This document shows positions 46,655 to 55,993 of a stretch of DNA of 64,000 nt, one piece after another. Where the stretch lies: assembly GCA_964472675.1 (NCBI GenBank), contig CAYYLO010000001.1:21704-85703 (forward strand), given 5' to 3'. The number at the start of each line of letters is the position of its first letter. The first letter of the stretch is position 1. Under the pieces are notes generated by a model. The model searched no databases. It was not told where the DNA came from and saw only the letters and a list, made by a program, of their open reading frames with translations. The stretch comes from an uncultured Gammaproteobacteria bacterium (lineage in GTDB: Bacteria > Patescibacteriota > Microgenomatia > UBA8517 > UBA10165). The position numbers and the translations under genes were made by a program.

Positions 46655-47426
46655 GTCATCTCTAATACAAAAACTGAAGGACATTAGAGATATGGGCTGG
46701 ATAAAATCTAAACGGCCGGGAAACGCCGGAGCAGTTGGTAACACTCTTGAGGATCTCCTTGGAATAAAAGAGAACAACCTACCTATTCCTAACGCAGCTG
46801 AATGGGAACTAAAAGCTCAGCGAAAGAATACAACCTCACTTACTACACTTTTCCACATGGAGCCCTCACCCCAAGGAGCAAATATCGTTTCCTCTGTACT
46901 ATTGCCCCATTACGGCTGGGCCCATAAAGAAGCAGGAACTAGACATAAAGCAGAAGAGAAGAGGTTTAGTTTGACAACCAACGCAGTGACATCTACAGAT
47001 CGCGGATTTAGAGTTGTTGTAAATAGGGAAAAGAAGAAGGTGGAAATTTCATTTGATCTAAGTGCAACAAATATTACAAAACACAGAGACTGGTTGGCTG
47101 AAGTTGAGAAAAACATTGGACTAGGTCAGCTTAACCCGCAACCTTATTGGGGTTTTACAGACCTTATGTATAAAGCCGGGACAAAACTGAAAAATTCTTT
47201 TTATGTGTTAGCTAATAACAAGTGGGAAGGTGATAATGAATATTTTTTCTTTGAAGAAGTCAGCATCCTTACAGAATTTGACTTTGAAGATTTTCTAAAA
47301 TGTATCGAAAAAGGTTTTATATTAGTAGACTTTGATGCACGGAGTGGTCACAATCATGGAACTAAATTTAGAATAAGACAAAACCATTGGCCTGACTTAT
47401 ATAAATCTTGCACCAAAGTTATCTAA
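46638..47426 (+). CDS. Type II restriction endonuclease, MvaI/BcnI-like (PD-(D/E)XK)
   Basis: N-terminal GWIKSKRPGNAGAVGNTLEDLLGI ... AEWELKAQRKNTTSLTTLFHMEPSP resembles the MvaI/BcnI family ELK catalytic region. About 260 aa, and overlaps the methyltransferase 3' end, which is typical R-M operon organisation. MvaI/BcnI partner MTases are m4C enzymes, consistent with the SPPY MTase upstream. Confidence 0.5.
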   Translation: MQIYTKSSLIQKLKDIRDMGWIKSKRPGNAGAVGNTLEDLLGIKENNLPIPNAAEWELKAQRKNTTSLTTLFHMEPSPQGANIVSSVLLPHYGWAHKEAGTRHKAEEKRFSLTTNAVTSTDRGFRVVVNREKKKVEISFDLSATNITKHRDWLAEVEKNIGLGQLNPQPYWGFTDLMYKAGTKLKNSFYVLANNKWEGDNEYFFFEEVSILTEFDFEDFLKCIEKGFILVDFDARSGHNHGTKFRIRQNHWPDLYKSCTKVI

Positions 47427-47612
47427 AAGTCGAAACAGATCCTTCCTGGCGGGAGAAGCTGACCTAAGAGACAACGATAAAAAAGATTTATTGCCGGTAC
47501 GGCATTGCCCCATCGAAGAATGATCCGGTTTTTGGTTCTCTTGCTCTTTTTCGCGGAGCTTGTGGAATCTGCAAAGAGAACTGAAAAATACCTGGGTTTT
47601 GTAGAAGTAATT

Positions 47613-48878
47613 TTAATTTACTACGAGAGAGAGGTTAGGCAAAGAATCTTCGGCTGGAATTTGCCGGATAGTTGAATTTTTAGAAGCAGTTTCTTGCAGC
47701 ATATCGAAAAATATTTCAAACTGTTTTTCGGAAGTGAATGTTTCGGCCACTGTTTTTAAACCATTTTTAATAAACCTCTTACTTAACGATTCGTCATTTA
47801 TAACCCTCTCTATCTTCTGGGCAAGCAAACTTGCGTCATTTGGTGGGACAAGATACCCGTTATATGAATCGCTAATAATCTCCGGAATTCCCCCGACGTT
47901 TGTACCAATAACCGGCAACCCGCACGCCATTGATTCAATAAATACCTGTCCGAATGTCTCATTTTCAGAGGGGAGTACAAACAGATCCGCACCGTTATAG
48001 ACTTTACACATTTGCACCAACCGGAAGTTTCTTAACAAAACCTGATCTTCAATACTATGTAACTTAATGTATCCTGTCAGCATATCAAATGCTTGCGTGT
48101 ATTCTCTATTCAAACTCTCCGGGGGTTTGCCTACCGCGATTAGAAGTTTTAGGTAAGGATAGCGGAGAGCAATCTTGGAAAAAGCTTCAATCAAATTAAT
48201 AACCCCCTTTTTTTGCAGCACATTGCGCGTGCCATGGATAATTCTTGTGGCGGTAAGGATAAGTTTGGTTTCTGAGGGAAGGTTGAGCTCTTTTTTCAGT
48301 TGACTTCTGCTCTGCGTATCTTGGTAAAACTCCTTGGGGTTGATTCCCAAGTAGTTAATTGATAACAAATCGATACCAGCTCCTTTTTGAAAACAGTCAC
48401 CGGCAACGCTTTTGCTCACACAACTTATTCTTTCCCACATCAGTTGGTTGATAAGTTCTACCTGAAGGTCTGTGACAGCAAAAGAATGGAGGCGGGCAAC
48501 TAAGGGAATTTTGTGTAATCCGGCAACCATATTCAGCAAGATACAGTACGCGGCGGGAAGACCGACATGGAAGTTCTCTGCGCAAATAATGTCAATTTTA
48601 TGTTTATTAATAACCTCTGCTACAACAGCAGCAAATTGGTGTGCTCTTTCTGAAATTGCTTTCTGGTCATCTAAACCGTATCTATACAAACTCTTTTCGT
48701 GATAAATAATGACGGATCCCTGGTGCTCAGTTCGGTTCTCTCCTTGCGAAGTTGGCATAAGAATTACTGTCTTCGGAGAAGACGCATGTTTGCAATAATT
48801 GACAAGGTTTACAAGATAACGTTCAACACCGCCAACACTTTCTAATGGCGAATTTTGTGCGATAAAGAGAATATTCAT
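47613..48878 (-). CDS. GT4-family glycosyltransferase
   Basis: MNILFIAQNSPLESVGGVERY N-terminus and LFVLPSENETFGQVFIESMACGLPVIGTNVGGIPEII C-terminal GT4 signature. Confidence 0.85.
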   Translation of the reverse strand: MNILFIAQNSPLESVGGVERYLVNLVNYCKHASSPKTVILMPTSQGENRTEHQGSVIIYHEKSLYRYGLDDQKAISERAHQFAAVVAEVINKHKIDIICAENFHVGLPAAYCILLNMVAGLHKIPLVARLHSFAVTDLQVELINQLMWERISCVSKSVAGDCFQKGAGIDLLSINYLGINPKEFYQDTQSRSQLKKELNLPSETKLILTATRIIHGTRNVLQKKGVINLIEAFSKIALRYPYLKLLIAVGKPPESLNREYTQAFDMLTGYIKLHSIEDQVLLRNFRLVQMCKVYNGADLFVLPSENETFGQVFIESMACGLPVIGTNVGGIPEIISDSYNGYLVPPNDASLLAQKIERVINDESLSKRFIKNGLKTVAETFTSEKQFEIFFDMLQETASKNSTIRQIPAEDSLPNLSLVVN

Positions 48879-49083
48879 TTTTTTAAAGGCAGGTCACGAA
48901 GCGGAAAGTATCTTGCGAATAGGTATTAATCAGTTAGAAAGAGGAGCTTTGAAAAAGAGAAATAATTATTTGGAATCTACCTGCCTATATTATAGACGCT
49001 CGGACATCAAAGGGCAAGGCAATTATAGAGCTGACGAATACACCCCTCTCGCAAAAAACCAGAAGAGAAGCAGACGATAAATA
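48879..49083. promoter_or_regulatory. Divergent intergenic region between GT4 (minus) and the Cas4-like nuclease (plus); likely a bidirectional promoter
   Basis: 205-nt AT-rich non-coding spacer with TTGCGA...TATTAAT-like and TATATTATAGA elements; no ORF. Confidence 0.3.
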
Positions 49084-49962
49084 GTGTACTATGGAATTAT
49101 GGTGCATTTTCCAAAAAATAACCAAACTATTTGGGTTTCGCATTCTTCGATCTCTGATTTTTTGAAGTGTCCGCGGTCATATTACCTTCGCAACGTTTTA
49201 AAAAGCAAAGCTACCAACCGCAAGATGACAATAATGACTCCACCTCTTGCTTTAGGACAGGCCGTTCACGACACTCTAGAATCTTTGTCACTTCTTCCCA
49301 AAGACGAAAGATTCAAAACGCCCCTGATGGATAAATTTGAGGATGCATGGGGAAAAGTTACCGGCAAAAAAGGCGGATTTAAAAATGCCGCCGAAGAAGA
49401 GGAATACAAAGAACGGGGCAGAAAGATGATTTTGAGAGTTTTGGAAAGCCCGGGAATTCTTCTTAATAAAGCCGTCCGCATTAAGCCCCGAAGCGAAAAA
49501 GATCGTCTTTCAAATTTCGATCTTCCTTATTACAAAATCTCCGAAGAAGACAACATCACACTTTGTGGCAAAATTGACTGGCTTGAATATTTGGAAGAGG
49601 AAAACACAGTTCACATTGTCGACTTCAAAACAGGTAAAAATGAAGAGGATCAGGCATCACTTCAGTTGCCTATTTATTATCTTCTGGCAAAAAATTGCCA
49701 AAGCTTTAATATCTCGCGCGCAAGCTACTGGTACATAGACCGGGAAAGCAAACCAAAACAAGTTTCACTCCCGAGCGAAAAAGAGGCAAAAGAGAAAGTT
49801 TTAGAGATTGCTCACAGAATTAAACTTGCACGGCAACTTCAACTTTTTAAATGTGCCAGAAACGGCTGCTTTTCCTGCCTTCCCTACGAGGCAGTTTTGC
49901 GAGGCAGCGGAGAATGTGTGGGTGTCAGTCAAACAAATCAGGATATATACATTTTACTCTAG
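49084..49962 (+). CDS. PD-(D/E)XK nuclease-superfamily protein with a Cas4/AddB-like 4-Cys Fe-S cluster
   Basis: N-terminal Cys (FLKCPRSYY) plus a C-terminal CARNGCFSC cluster as in Cas4/AddB/Dna2 nuclease domains; RecB-motif IVDFKTGK (D-x-K). Confidence 0.65.
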   Translation: MYYGIMVHFPKNNQTIWVSHSSISDFLKCPRSYYLRNVLKSKATNRKMTIMTPPLALGQAVHDTLESLSLLPKDERFKTPLMDKFEDAWGKVTGKKGGFKNAAEEEEYKERGRKMILRVLESPGILLNKAVRIKPRSEKDRLSNFDLPYYKISEEDNITLCGKIDWLEYLEEENTVHIVDFKTGKNEEDQASLQLPIYYLLAKNCQSFNISRASYWYIDRESKPKQVSLPSEKEAKEKVLEIAHRIKLARQLQLFKCARNGCFSCLPYEAVLRGSGECVGVSQTNQDIYILL

Positions 49963-51315
49963 CAAGCCGCGAACAAGGCTAGACAAAGGTGCAAACGCAA
50001 AGGGCACAATCATTTCGTCTTCGGAAAGACCACCGTGAACGCCAAGTTGGCGGTAAGGAACTTCGGGTAAAAATTCATACCAGATGTGATACCCCTGTTT
50101 GGGAATAACCAAAACTGTCCCTACACGTTTGAGAAATCTTTGACGTGGCTTGTTAATGCCAAAAAGTCCTTTATCTATAGCTTCCTGAATTGTAAAAACT
50201 TCGGCGTGTTTTGATAATTCTCCCCGCAGAAAATCCACAACTGCCTCAACCTGTTCAGGGCGGATAAATAAAAATACATCATGCGGGCTACCTGTTGGCA
50301 AGATACGCTGTCCTCTTTTATTCTCCTGAAAATTTTCCTCCAATATTTGGTATTTGTTCAAATTAATAATGTCCTCTCCCCTAATGCTGACCTGTCCATG
50401 ATCTGCCGTAATTAAAAAAAGCGTATCATTTATCTTAGTTTTTTCTAACCTGCCAAGAAACATCTGCATTAAGGAAGATATGTATTCTAAAGAAGTTAAA
50501 TGATCTTGACTATCCGGACCAAAAGCATGGGCTGCTGAGTCAACACCAGCCCAATACAAAAGGTAATAACCTGGGGCGGTGTTGATATTTAAAAGTCCGG
50601 CAACTTTTTCTATAAAGTCTTCTCCTGATAAACAGGGAATTGTTTCCGATCCAAAATGTACCGTTGTTGAATAAACACTTTCACTATACAAAGCGTTAGT
50701 AAATGTGTAGGAAACAATTCCGTATTCTTTCAATTTGCTATAAATAGTTGGCCCCTCATACAACATCTCATGCGAGCCCCCAAAGTTTACCAGCTCATCA
50801 ATATTACTCATTTCTGGAGTTTTAAAAGGAAGGGTCTCTATTATTTGGTCGAATTCTTCGAAGTAAACATTCCATTCGGGAAGCCCGTGTTCCTGTGGGG
50901 TTAGCCCTGTGTGTATTGTTGTTAATGCAGCAGGCGTAGTTGAAGGGAAAACAGAAGTTATCGGGAAAACATCGCCTTTTTTCGATAACAGATCAAAAAA
51001 TTTAAATCTTTGCTGGTATTTGGCGAAGTGGTGAAAAGACAAACCATCAATAACCAATAAAATTACCCTGTTGTATTTTCTACCTTTGACAATCTCGAAA
51101 GGGAATGTTGCTCTTCCCTCGTTAACACCAAAAATCTGTAAAATAGTGGGGACAATTTCGGCAATACTATACTTGCCGTAATAGGGAGCCAATAGTTTAC
51201 CTTTAAGCCTTTCTCTTTTTATGTGATCTAAGAGTTCATAGTGAACCCTATCTCTGGGCAAACGAAAAACATCTTTGAATGCATTTTCCAATTTCCCCAA
51301 CATGTTGCCTGCCAT
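49954..51315 (-). CDS. Alkaline-phosphatase-superfamily nucleotide pyrophosphatase/phosphodiesterase (NPP/ENPP-like)
   Basis: ILLVIDGLSFHHF, SVFPSTTPAALTTIHTGLTPQEHG, ITADHGQ and GVHGG are the metal-ligand motifs of type I phosphodiesterase/NPP (Phosphodiest family). Confidence 0.8.
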   Translation of the reverse strand: MAGNMLGKLENAFKDVFRLPRDRVHYELLDHIKRERLKGKLLAPYYGKYSIAEIVPTILQIFGVNEGRATFPFEIVKGRKYNRVILLVIDGLSFHHFAKYQQRFKFFDLLSKKGDVFPITSVFPSTTPAALTTIHTGLTPQEHGLPEWNVYFEEFDQIIETLPFKTPEMSNIDELVNFGGSHEMLYEGPTIYSKLKEYGIVSYTFTNALYSESVYSTTVHFGSETIPCLSGEDFIEKVAGLLNINTAPGYYLLYWAGVDSAAHAFGPDSQDHLTSLEYISSLMQMFLGRLEKTKINDTLFLITADHGQVSIRGEDIINLNKYQILEENFQENKRGQRILPTGSPHDVFLFIRPEQVEAVVDFLRGELSKHAEVFTIQEAIDKGLFGINKPRQRFLKRVGTVLVIPKQGYHIWYEFLPEVPYRQLGVHGGLSEDEMIVPFAFAPLSSLVRGLLE

Positions 51316-51319
51316 GCCC

Positions 51320-52447
51320 TTACCTGATAAGATGCCTAAATTGTCTGTATACGTACTTCAAGCGGTTTAGTTGCACAAAATCCACAAACTGATCTATGGC
51401 GCCAAGATGATACTTAAGACGCATTATGGGAGCCGTAGCTTTTCTTTTTTTTATATACTGCTCGTAGATTTTCGTATAGACTGCATACCCATGAGGCAGA
51501 CTAAAAGGCCTAACTGAAAAATTTTTAATCCTTGTTTGTATAGGTTTTGTAACCTTGAGTTCGTTGTGTTTTTTAGCTATTATTTCGTAAGCTTTTACCA
51601 GATACTTCTCTCTTTGCTGCCAACTATCCAAATGGACAGTTTTCAAAAAAAGCGGCTTTAGAGATTTGAAAGACTCAAGCCTTGAGAACATTGAGCCAAA
51701 CCATTTGGGATAAGGAATATATTTTTTTTCTATTAAAAAACAAAGCTCTATAAGGTCTTCAACTATTTGCGTAGCTATAATATTTGACCCCAATTCGTCT
51801 CCAACTTCACCAGTTCTAAACATAAACGCTTCCCTGTCACCAATTTTTCCCCATTGCCGGAAATAAATATAAATCCAAACCCGATCCGGATAGTAAGAAA
51901 ACTTTTTCCGCACCCTTTCAATGCCAATCCCGTCATAGTAAATTTCGCCACTTGTTATTTCAAGAAGTGCCTGTTGGGGGAACGTAAGCCAATCACGAAA
52001 AGATGGTTTTTCGTATGGATTAAAATCAAGATAATGCTGGAAAAATGACTTAGCGGTCCAAAAGGAAAAAAGGTGGTTGACTTCGCCTCGAGTCTTGTAT
52101 GCAGGTATATGCTTTAAGTAGCCAGGCTGTTCTTTCGAAAAATTAGTAGAAAAACCGCGGAAAGTTAGGGGGAGCTTTTGGCGAAGCATCTTGTCCACCT
52201 TATCTTTATAACGGTCAAAATCTTTCTCTTTAAAAAATATATGAAGGCGAGGTCCCCAATCGTGGTCTGTTGACCGGACCGTATCAAGCCCTAACACGTC
52301 TGAACCATGCCCCACCAGCCCCGCAGAGTAGGAAAGGTGGGGAAATTCCCGCTTGATTAAAGGACCAACTACTTCCTCATAAAAGAGCCTGTTTAGCCTC
52401 AAGCCGAGAATGAAAGAAGGTTTTTCCAAAACACCGTTCTTAGGCAC
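51320..52447 (-). CDS. Nucleotidyltransferase-domain protein with a DUF4037-like C-terminal domain
   Basis: GLVGHGSDVLGLDTVRSTDHD fits the Pol-beta-type NTase GS...D.D motif, followed by a ~250-aa helical domain. The DUF4037 assignment is from memory of the domain architecture. Confidence 0.45.
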   Translation of the reverse strand: MPKNGVLEKPSFILGLRLNRLFYEEVVGPLIKREFPHLSYSAGLVGHGSDVLGLDTVRSTDHDWGPRLHIFFKEKDFDRYKDKVDKMLRQKLPLTFRGFSTNFSKEQPGYLKHIPAYKTRGEVNHLFSFWTAKSFFQHYLDFNPYEKPSFRDWLTFPQQALLEITSGEIYYDGIGIERVRKKFSYYPDRVWIYIYFRQWGKIGDREAFMFRTGEVGDELGSNIIATQIVEDLIELCFLIEKKYIPYPKWFGSMFSRLESFKSLKPLFLKTVHLDSWQQREKYLVKAYEIIAKKHNELKVTKPIQTRIKNFSVRPFSLPHGYAVYTKIYEQYIKKRKATAPIMRLKYHLGAIDQFVDFVQLNRLKYVYRQFRHLIR

Positions 52448-52577
52448 TTAACAAATGTAACCATTACCTTGAAGATGTGTATAAGCTTTAGGTAAGAAAA
52501 AGAAGGCAACTTAATTACCTCTTGTCTTGTTCTTGCTTTTCTCCTACACTCATTATTACTCCAGCCGTTTAGTCTAT

Positions 52578-54464
52578 TCACATGAAGCGGGTCTTGATAG
52601 TTTTACTAGTTTCTTTTGTTCTTGTTTTGCTAGGACTTTTCGTGGCACGGAAAGGCACAAACGTCACAAGAATTGGGGTAGCAGCAAGCCCTACCCAAGA
52701 AATAAGCGAAATTACATTGCCTACGGTTCTAGCCTCTGTGTTATAAAGACGAGCTGCAACTTCGTGTTCTCCCTTAGACAAGTCAACATGCATCCGCCCC
52801 CACTCGTCCTGGTTTAACAACACAGAGACTTCCTTGCCATCCACAAAAACTTTCCAGCCTGGGAACTTGAAAATGTTTATGCGCACAACGCCATTATCCT
52901 CATCTTGAGCTACTTTGAATTTTGCCCAGTTGGAGCCTTGAGAAGCATCACTAATTTGCCCCTTACCTGAAACTGCCTCGGCAACAGTTTTTTGCGGCGC
53001 TTTGGGAGCAGCTGAAGCATCTTTTGGCAAATAATCGTATATTCCGGCAGTTTGTTGCAAATCCCAGGCAGCACCTGAGAATTTTTCCTGGTCAGTTAAG
53101 GGGCCCATTTTTTCAGGTTTAAAAAACTGCCAGTTCCAACCAATAACCACCGCAATCAAGACAAAAACTACCCACTTGGCTATTTTGGGATACGTCTTGG
53201 TCAATAAAACTGTACTTGTCCCAGCCACAACAGAGAAGGAAAGCACGGCCAAAGTCAGGAAACGCCAGGGAAACTGTACAAAAAGCAGGGGAGGTATTTG
53301 TTGCCAGATAAACGTCGACTTAACATGAGCCATAAAAGTCGCAAACCAACCCGACAAAAAGAAAAACATGGTCACCAGGACCAGTTCATTGTTGATTTTC
53401 CGACGCTTCAGCAACTTCCATCCCAAAAATAAAACTACGACAATTGCCAATATCCAATGAATTTGCCCGACGGGGAAAGCCATCTTGTCATCTGCGTCTG
53501 CCCAGGCGGAGGGGCCATATCCCCAAAAGCGGCTGGTTAAAAGCTGGCGAATATTGGCAAAATGGGCAACATACTCGTAGTAACCTTGTGTTAAAGTCTC
53601 TACATGTACAAGTTTCTGTTCCAAAAAAACCGGCAAAGTAAAAAATGCGCTCAGCCCAAAAGCCCAGGCACCGCTTATTGCCAAATTGGGGACAGACCTC
53701 CAAGCTTTGTATTTTAATATCCAAATTAAAAGCCAGGCTAAAAAGAGGGGAGTGAAAATTAAAACCATAAGATTGTGCGACGTAAGCAACGCGAACCAGG
53801 CTAAGGCCAGAACCAAAAGCCATCTTGACGGGTGGCGTGGGCGGAGGGAGTCCCACTGAGCCCCCGCAGTCTCGCCAAAGGCGGACGAGGAGGTCGAGTG
53901 GGACGAGCCCGCGACAGGACCCGTCATCCCCGTGGCAGGACCCGAAGCAGGCATAGAACTCTTTATTAATCTGTAACCAGACCACAAAATTAGCGGGAAC
54001 CAAACTAGCGACCAGGCCTCATTCATCGCCCCACGCACATAAATATCAACAGAATGATACGGTGCCCAAATATAAAAAGCGGCAGACAAAAGACCGCCAA
54101 GACGCCCAAAGAATTCACGGGCAAAAATATACATGGTTACACCGCTTATTAAGAAAGACAGAAGAAACGTCAGCTTTACAGTCGTTACAAATGAAAATTG
54201 AAAAAGCCTGAATACCTCCCCCACTAAATAGGGGAGAGGCGGATAAAAATTAAAAAGAGGAAAACCGTAACCGTACCCCATATATTGCGTCCAACGGCAG
54301 GGAATTTGAAAGTCAGCAAAACACTTCTCCATCGCCAGTTGCCTCATCATCTGGAGATCATCATGCATTAAAAAATAGCCGGGGCGCAGAAGCCACCAGC
54401 CAGCCAAAAGTCCAAGCCCAAGCACAAGATAAAAATAAGGATCACTACGGCGCAGAAGGTTCAT
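52578..54464 (-). CDS. YfhO-like/PTPS-related GT-C membrane protein carrying an in-frame GC-rich insertion
   Basis: Colinear with the N-half of the 13817..17173 fusion protein (FADFQIPCRW, PLFNFYPPLPY) and with the YfhO C-terminal beta-sandwich (FKFPGWKVFVDG...GEHEVAARLY). Contains a ~45-aa SGPT-rich insert (MPASGPATGMTGPVAGSSHSTSSSAFGETAGAQWDSLRPRHPSRW). Confidence 0.65.
   Translation of the reverse strand: MNLLRRSDPYFYLVLGLGLLAGWWLLRPGYFLMHDDLQMMRQLAMEKCFADFQIPCRWTQYMGYGYGFPLFNFYPPLPYLVGEVFRLFQFSFVTTVKLTFLLSFLISGVTMYIFAREFFGRLGGLLSAAFYIWAPYHSVDIYVRGAMNEAWSLVWFPLILWSGYRLIKSSMPASGPATGMTGPVAGSSHSTSSSAFGETAGAQWDSLRPRHPSRWLLVLALAWFALLTSHNLMVLIFTPLFLAWLLIWILKYKAWRSVPNLAISGAWAFGLSAFFTLPVFLEQKLVHVETLTQGYYEYVAHFANIRQLLTSRFWGYGPSAWADADDKMAFPVGQIHWILAIVVVLFLGWKLLKRRKINNELVLVTMFFFLSGWFATFMAHVKSTFIWQQIPPLLFVQFPWRFLTLAVLSFSVVAGTSTVLLTKTYPKIAKWVVFVLIAVVIGWNWQFFKPEKMGPLTDQEKFSGAAWDLQQTAGIYDYLPKDASAAPKAPQKTVAEAVSGKGQISDASQGSNWAKFKVAQDEDNGVVRINIFKFPGWKVFVDGKEVSVLLNQDEWGRMHVDLSKGEHEVAARLYNTEARTVGNVISLISWVGLAATPILVTFVPFRATKSPSKTRTKETSKTIKTRFM
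53829..53952. repeat. GC-rich imperfect-palindromic element, copy B, inserted in-frame in a YfhO-like GT-C gene
   Basis: Arms gggagtcccac (53846-53856) and gtgggacgagccc (53898-53910); same orientation as copy A; the peptide it encodes is absent from the paralogous module in 13817..17173. Confidence 0.75.
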
Positions 54465-55993
54465 TCTATCAATTCTAACAGCAAGAGAGACTCCTGTGTA
54501 CCATTGGCTCTCTTGGCTTTCGGATAGGAATTAACGAGTTTTAAGCCAACTTCTTCTGGATGTTCAATTTTAAAGCGAGTCGAGTTCACCACTAAAAAAA
54601 CCCTATCACCTGCAACTTTAGCATCAACCAAAGACTTGTCCACTCCAGTTATGGTTATTCCCACACCCTTAACTACGATTCCCGGGATATCAGACAGGTA
54701 AATTTGCAAACCGTCAGGCAAGGTTCCAAAAAATCCCTCCGTTCCGACCAAAACCTTTTGATTTGGATTTTGCGCTTTTTGCGCTTTTACATATTGGGCA
54801 ATTTCGCGAATACCCTTTCCGGCAGTCCACTCCTCCAAATATCCGGCTCGTTCTTCCCGTGGAAGGGGCGCCTGGGCAGGATTAGTAAGTATTTTGTAAT
54901 TTACAAATAAAGACGGTAAGACAATAAAGGCACCGCCCAAAGCCAGGAGATTTTTATTTTTGACTCTTCCTAGCGCATATGCTGCCAATATCAAAATCGG
55001 AGGCAGGGTAAAAAGTATGTAGCGTGCCGTAAAAACCCTGGCAAAGGCCGCCTCAATTACCAGAGGCCCAATACTCCACCCCAATAGCAATAAAAGCTGG
55101 CGCCAATCCTTTTTTAAGGCCAGCACTGCCCCCAAAATGGCAATCAAAAGTACAGTTATCGGCAGCATTTTGGAAAACCAGTCAAAGAGATCATAAAAGT
55201 GCGGGATTGCTGGGTCCAGTGGATGCCGCAAAACTTCTGAAAAACTATAGACATAATCTTTGTTTCGCAAAGCCAGCATGTGGAAACTGGGGCCTAAGCG
55301 CAGAATATTGTACATCCCCAAAGCAATAACCCACGACACCAGCCACAGTGCTCCCAATTTTCCCAACTTCCCCCACTTGCCCTTTCCCCTGAATTCCCCT
55401 AATAGCAGAGTAGAAGGCAGGAGGAGCAGGAAAAATACCCCCGGGGATTTAGTCAGATATGCAAAACCCAAAGCAAAACCGGTTAACATCGCCCAATCAA
55501 GCCTTAACTCCTGCACTGTGAGTACTCCAAAATAGAGGCTCCACACCCCAAAGCAAGCCAATAAGCTATCAACCAACGCCATTCTGTCAAAAAAAACTGT
55601 AAAAGGCGATACAGCATAGATTAGCGCAGCCAAAATTGCCGTCTTTTTGTTCTTGAAGAGCCTTAAAGTGACAAAAAAAATTCCCGTCAAGGTTCCCAAT
55701 CCTGCCAGGACAGACAATGTTCTTCCAGCAACCAAAGGATCGCTTATCACCTTTAAAAAAGGAATGGTTAGCCACATAAACAGCGGCTGCTTGCCGTCCT
55801 CCAAGGGCAGAAAACGCAAAGTTGAAACAGCTCTCATAACTTGAGCCCAACGGATATAAATCGCCTCATCGGCAAAAATAGGAATGGAGAAAATGTTGTA
55901 TGTGCGAAGCAATATTGCCAGGAGTAGTACAACCATTCCCCAAAGTATTACCGCTCGCCACTTTGTATCCTCTGAAAATTGGAAATTGGACAT
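54461..55993 (-). CDS. ArnT/GT83-like (PMT_2) GT-C membrane glycosyltransferase
   Basis: IFADEAIYIRWAQVM loop motif as in ArnT. Start set at internal ATG (MSNFQF, 55993) to avoid a 59-nt overlap with the upstream GT2; the track ORF extends to 56068. The start is embedded in the GAAATTG heptamer array. Confidence 0.7.
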   Translation of the reverse strand: MSNFQFSEDTKWRAVILWGMVVLLLAILLRTYNIFSIPIFADEAIYIRWAQVMRAVSTLRFLPLEDGKQPLFMWLTIPFLKVISDPLVAGRTLSVLAGLGTLTGIFFVTLRLFKNKKTAILAALIYAVSPFTVFFDRMALVDSLLACFGVWSLYFGVLTVQELRLDWAMLTGFALGFAYLTKSPGVFFLLLLPSTLLLGEFRGKGKWGKLGKLGALWLVSWVIALGMYNILRLGPSFHMLALRNKDYVYSFSEVLRHPLDPAIPHFYDLFDWFSKMLPITVLLIAILGAVLALKKDWRQLLLLLGWSIGPLVIEAAFARVFTARYILFTLPPILILAAYALGRVKNKNLLALGGAFIVLPSLFVNYKILTNPAQAPLPREERAGYLEEWTAGKGIREIAQYVKAQKAQNPNQKVLVGTEGFFGTLPDGLQIYLSDIPGIVVKGVGITITGVDKSLVDAKVAGDRVFLVVNSTRFKIEHPEEVGLKLVNSYPKAKRANGTQESLLLLELIE

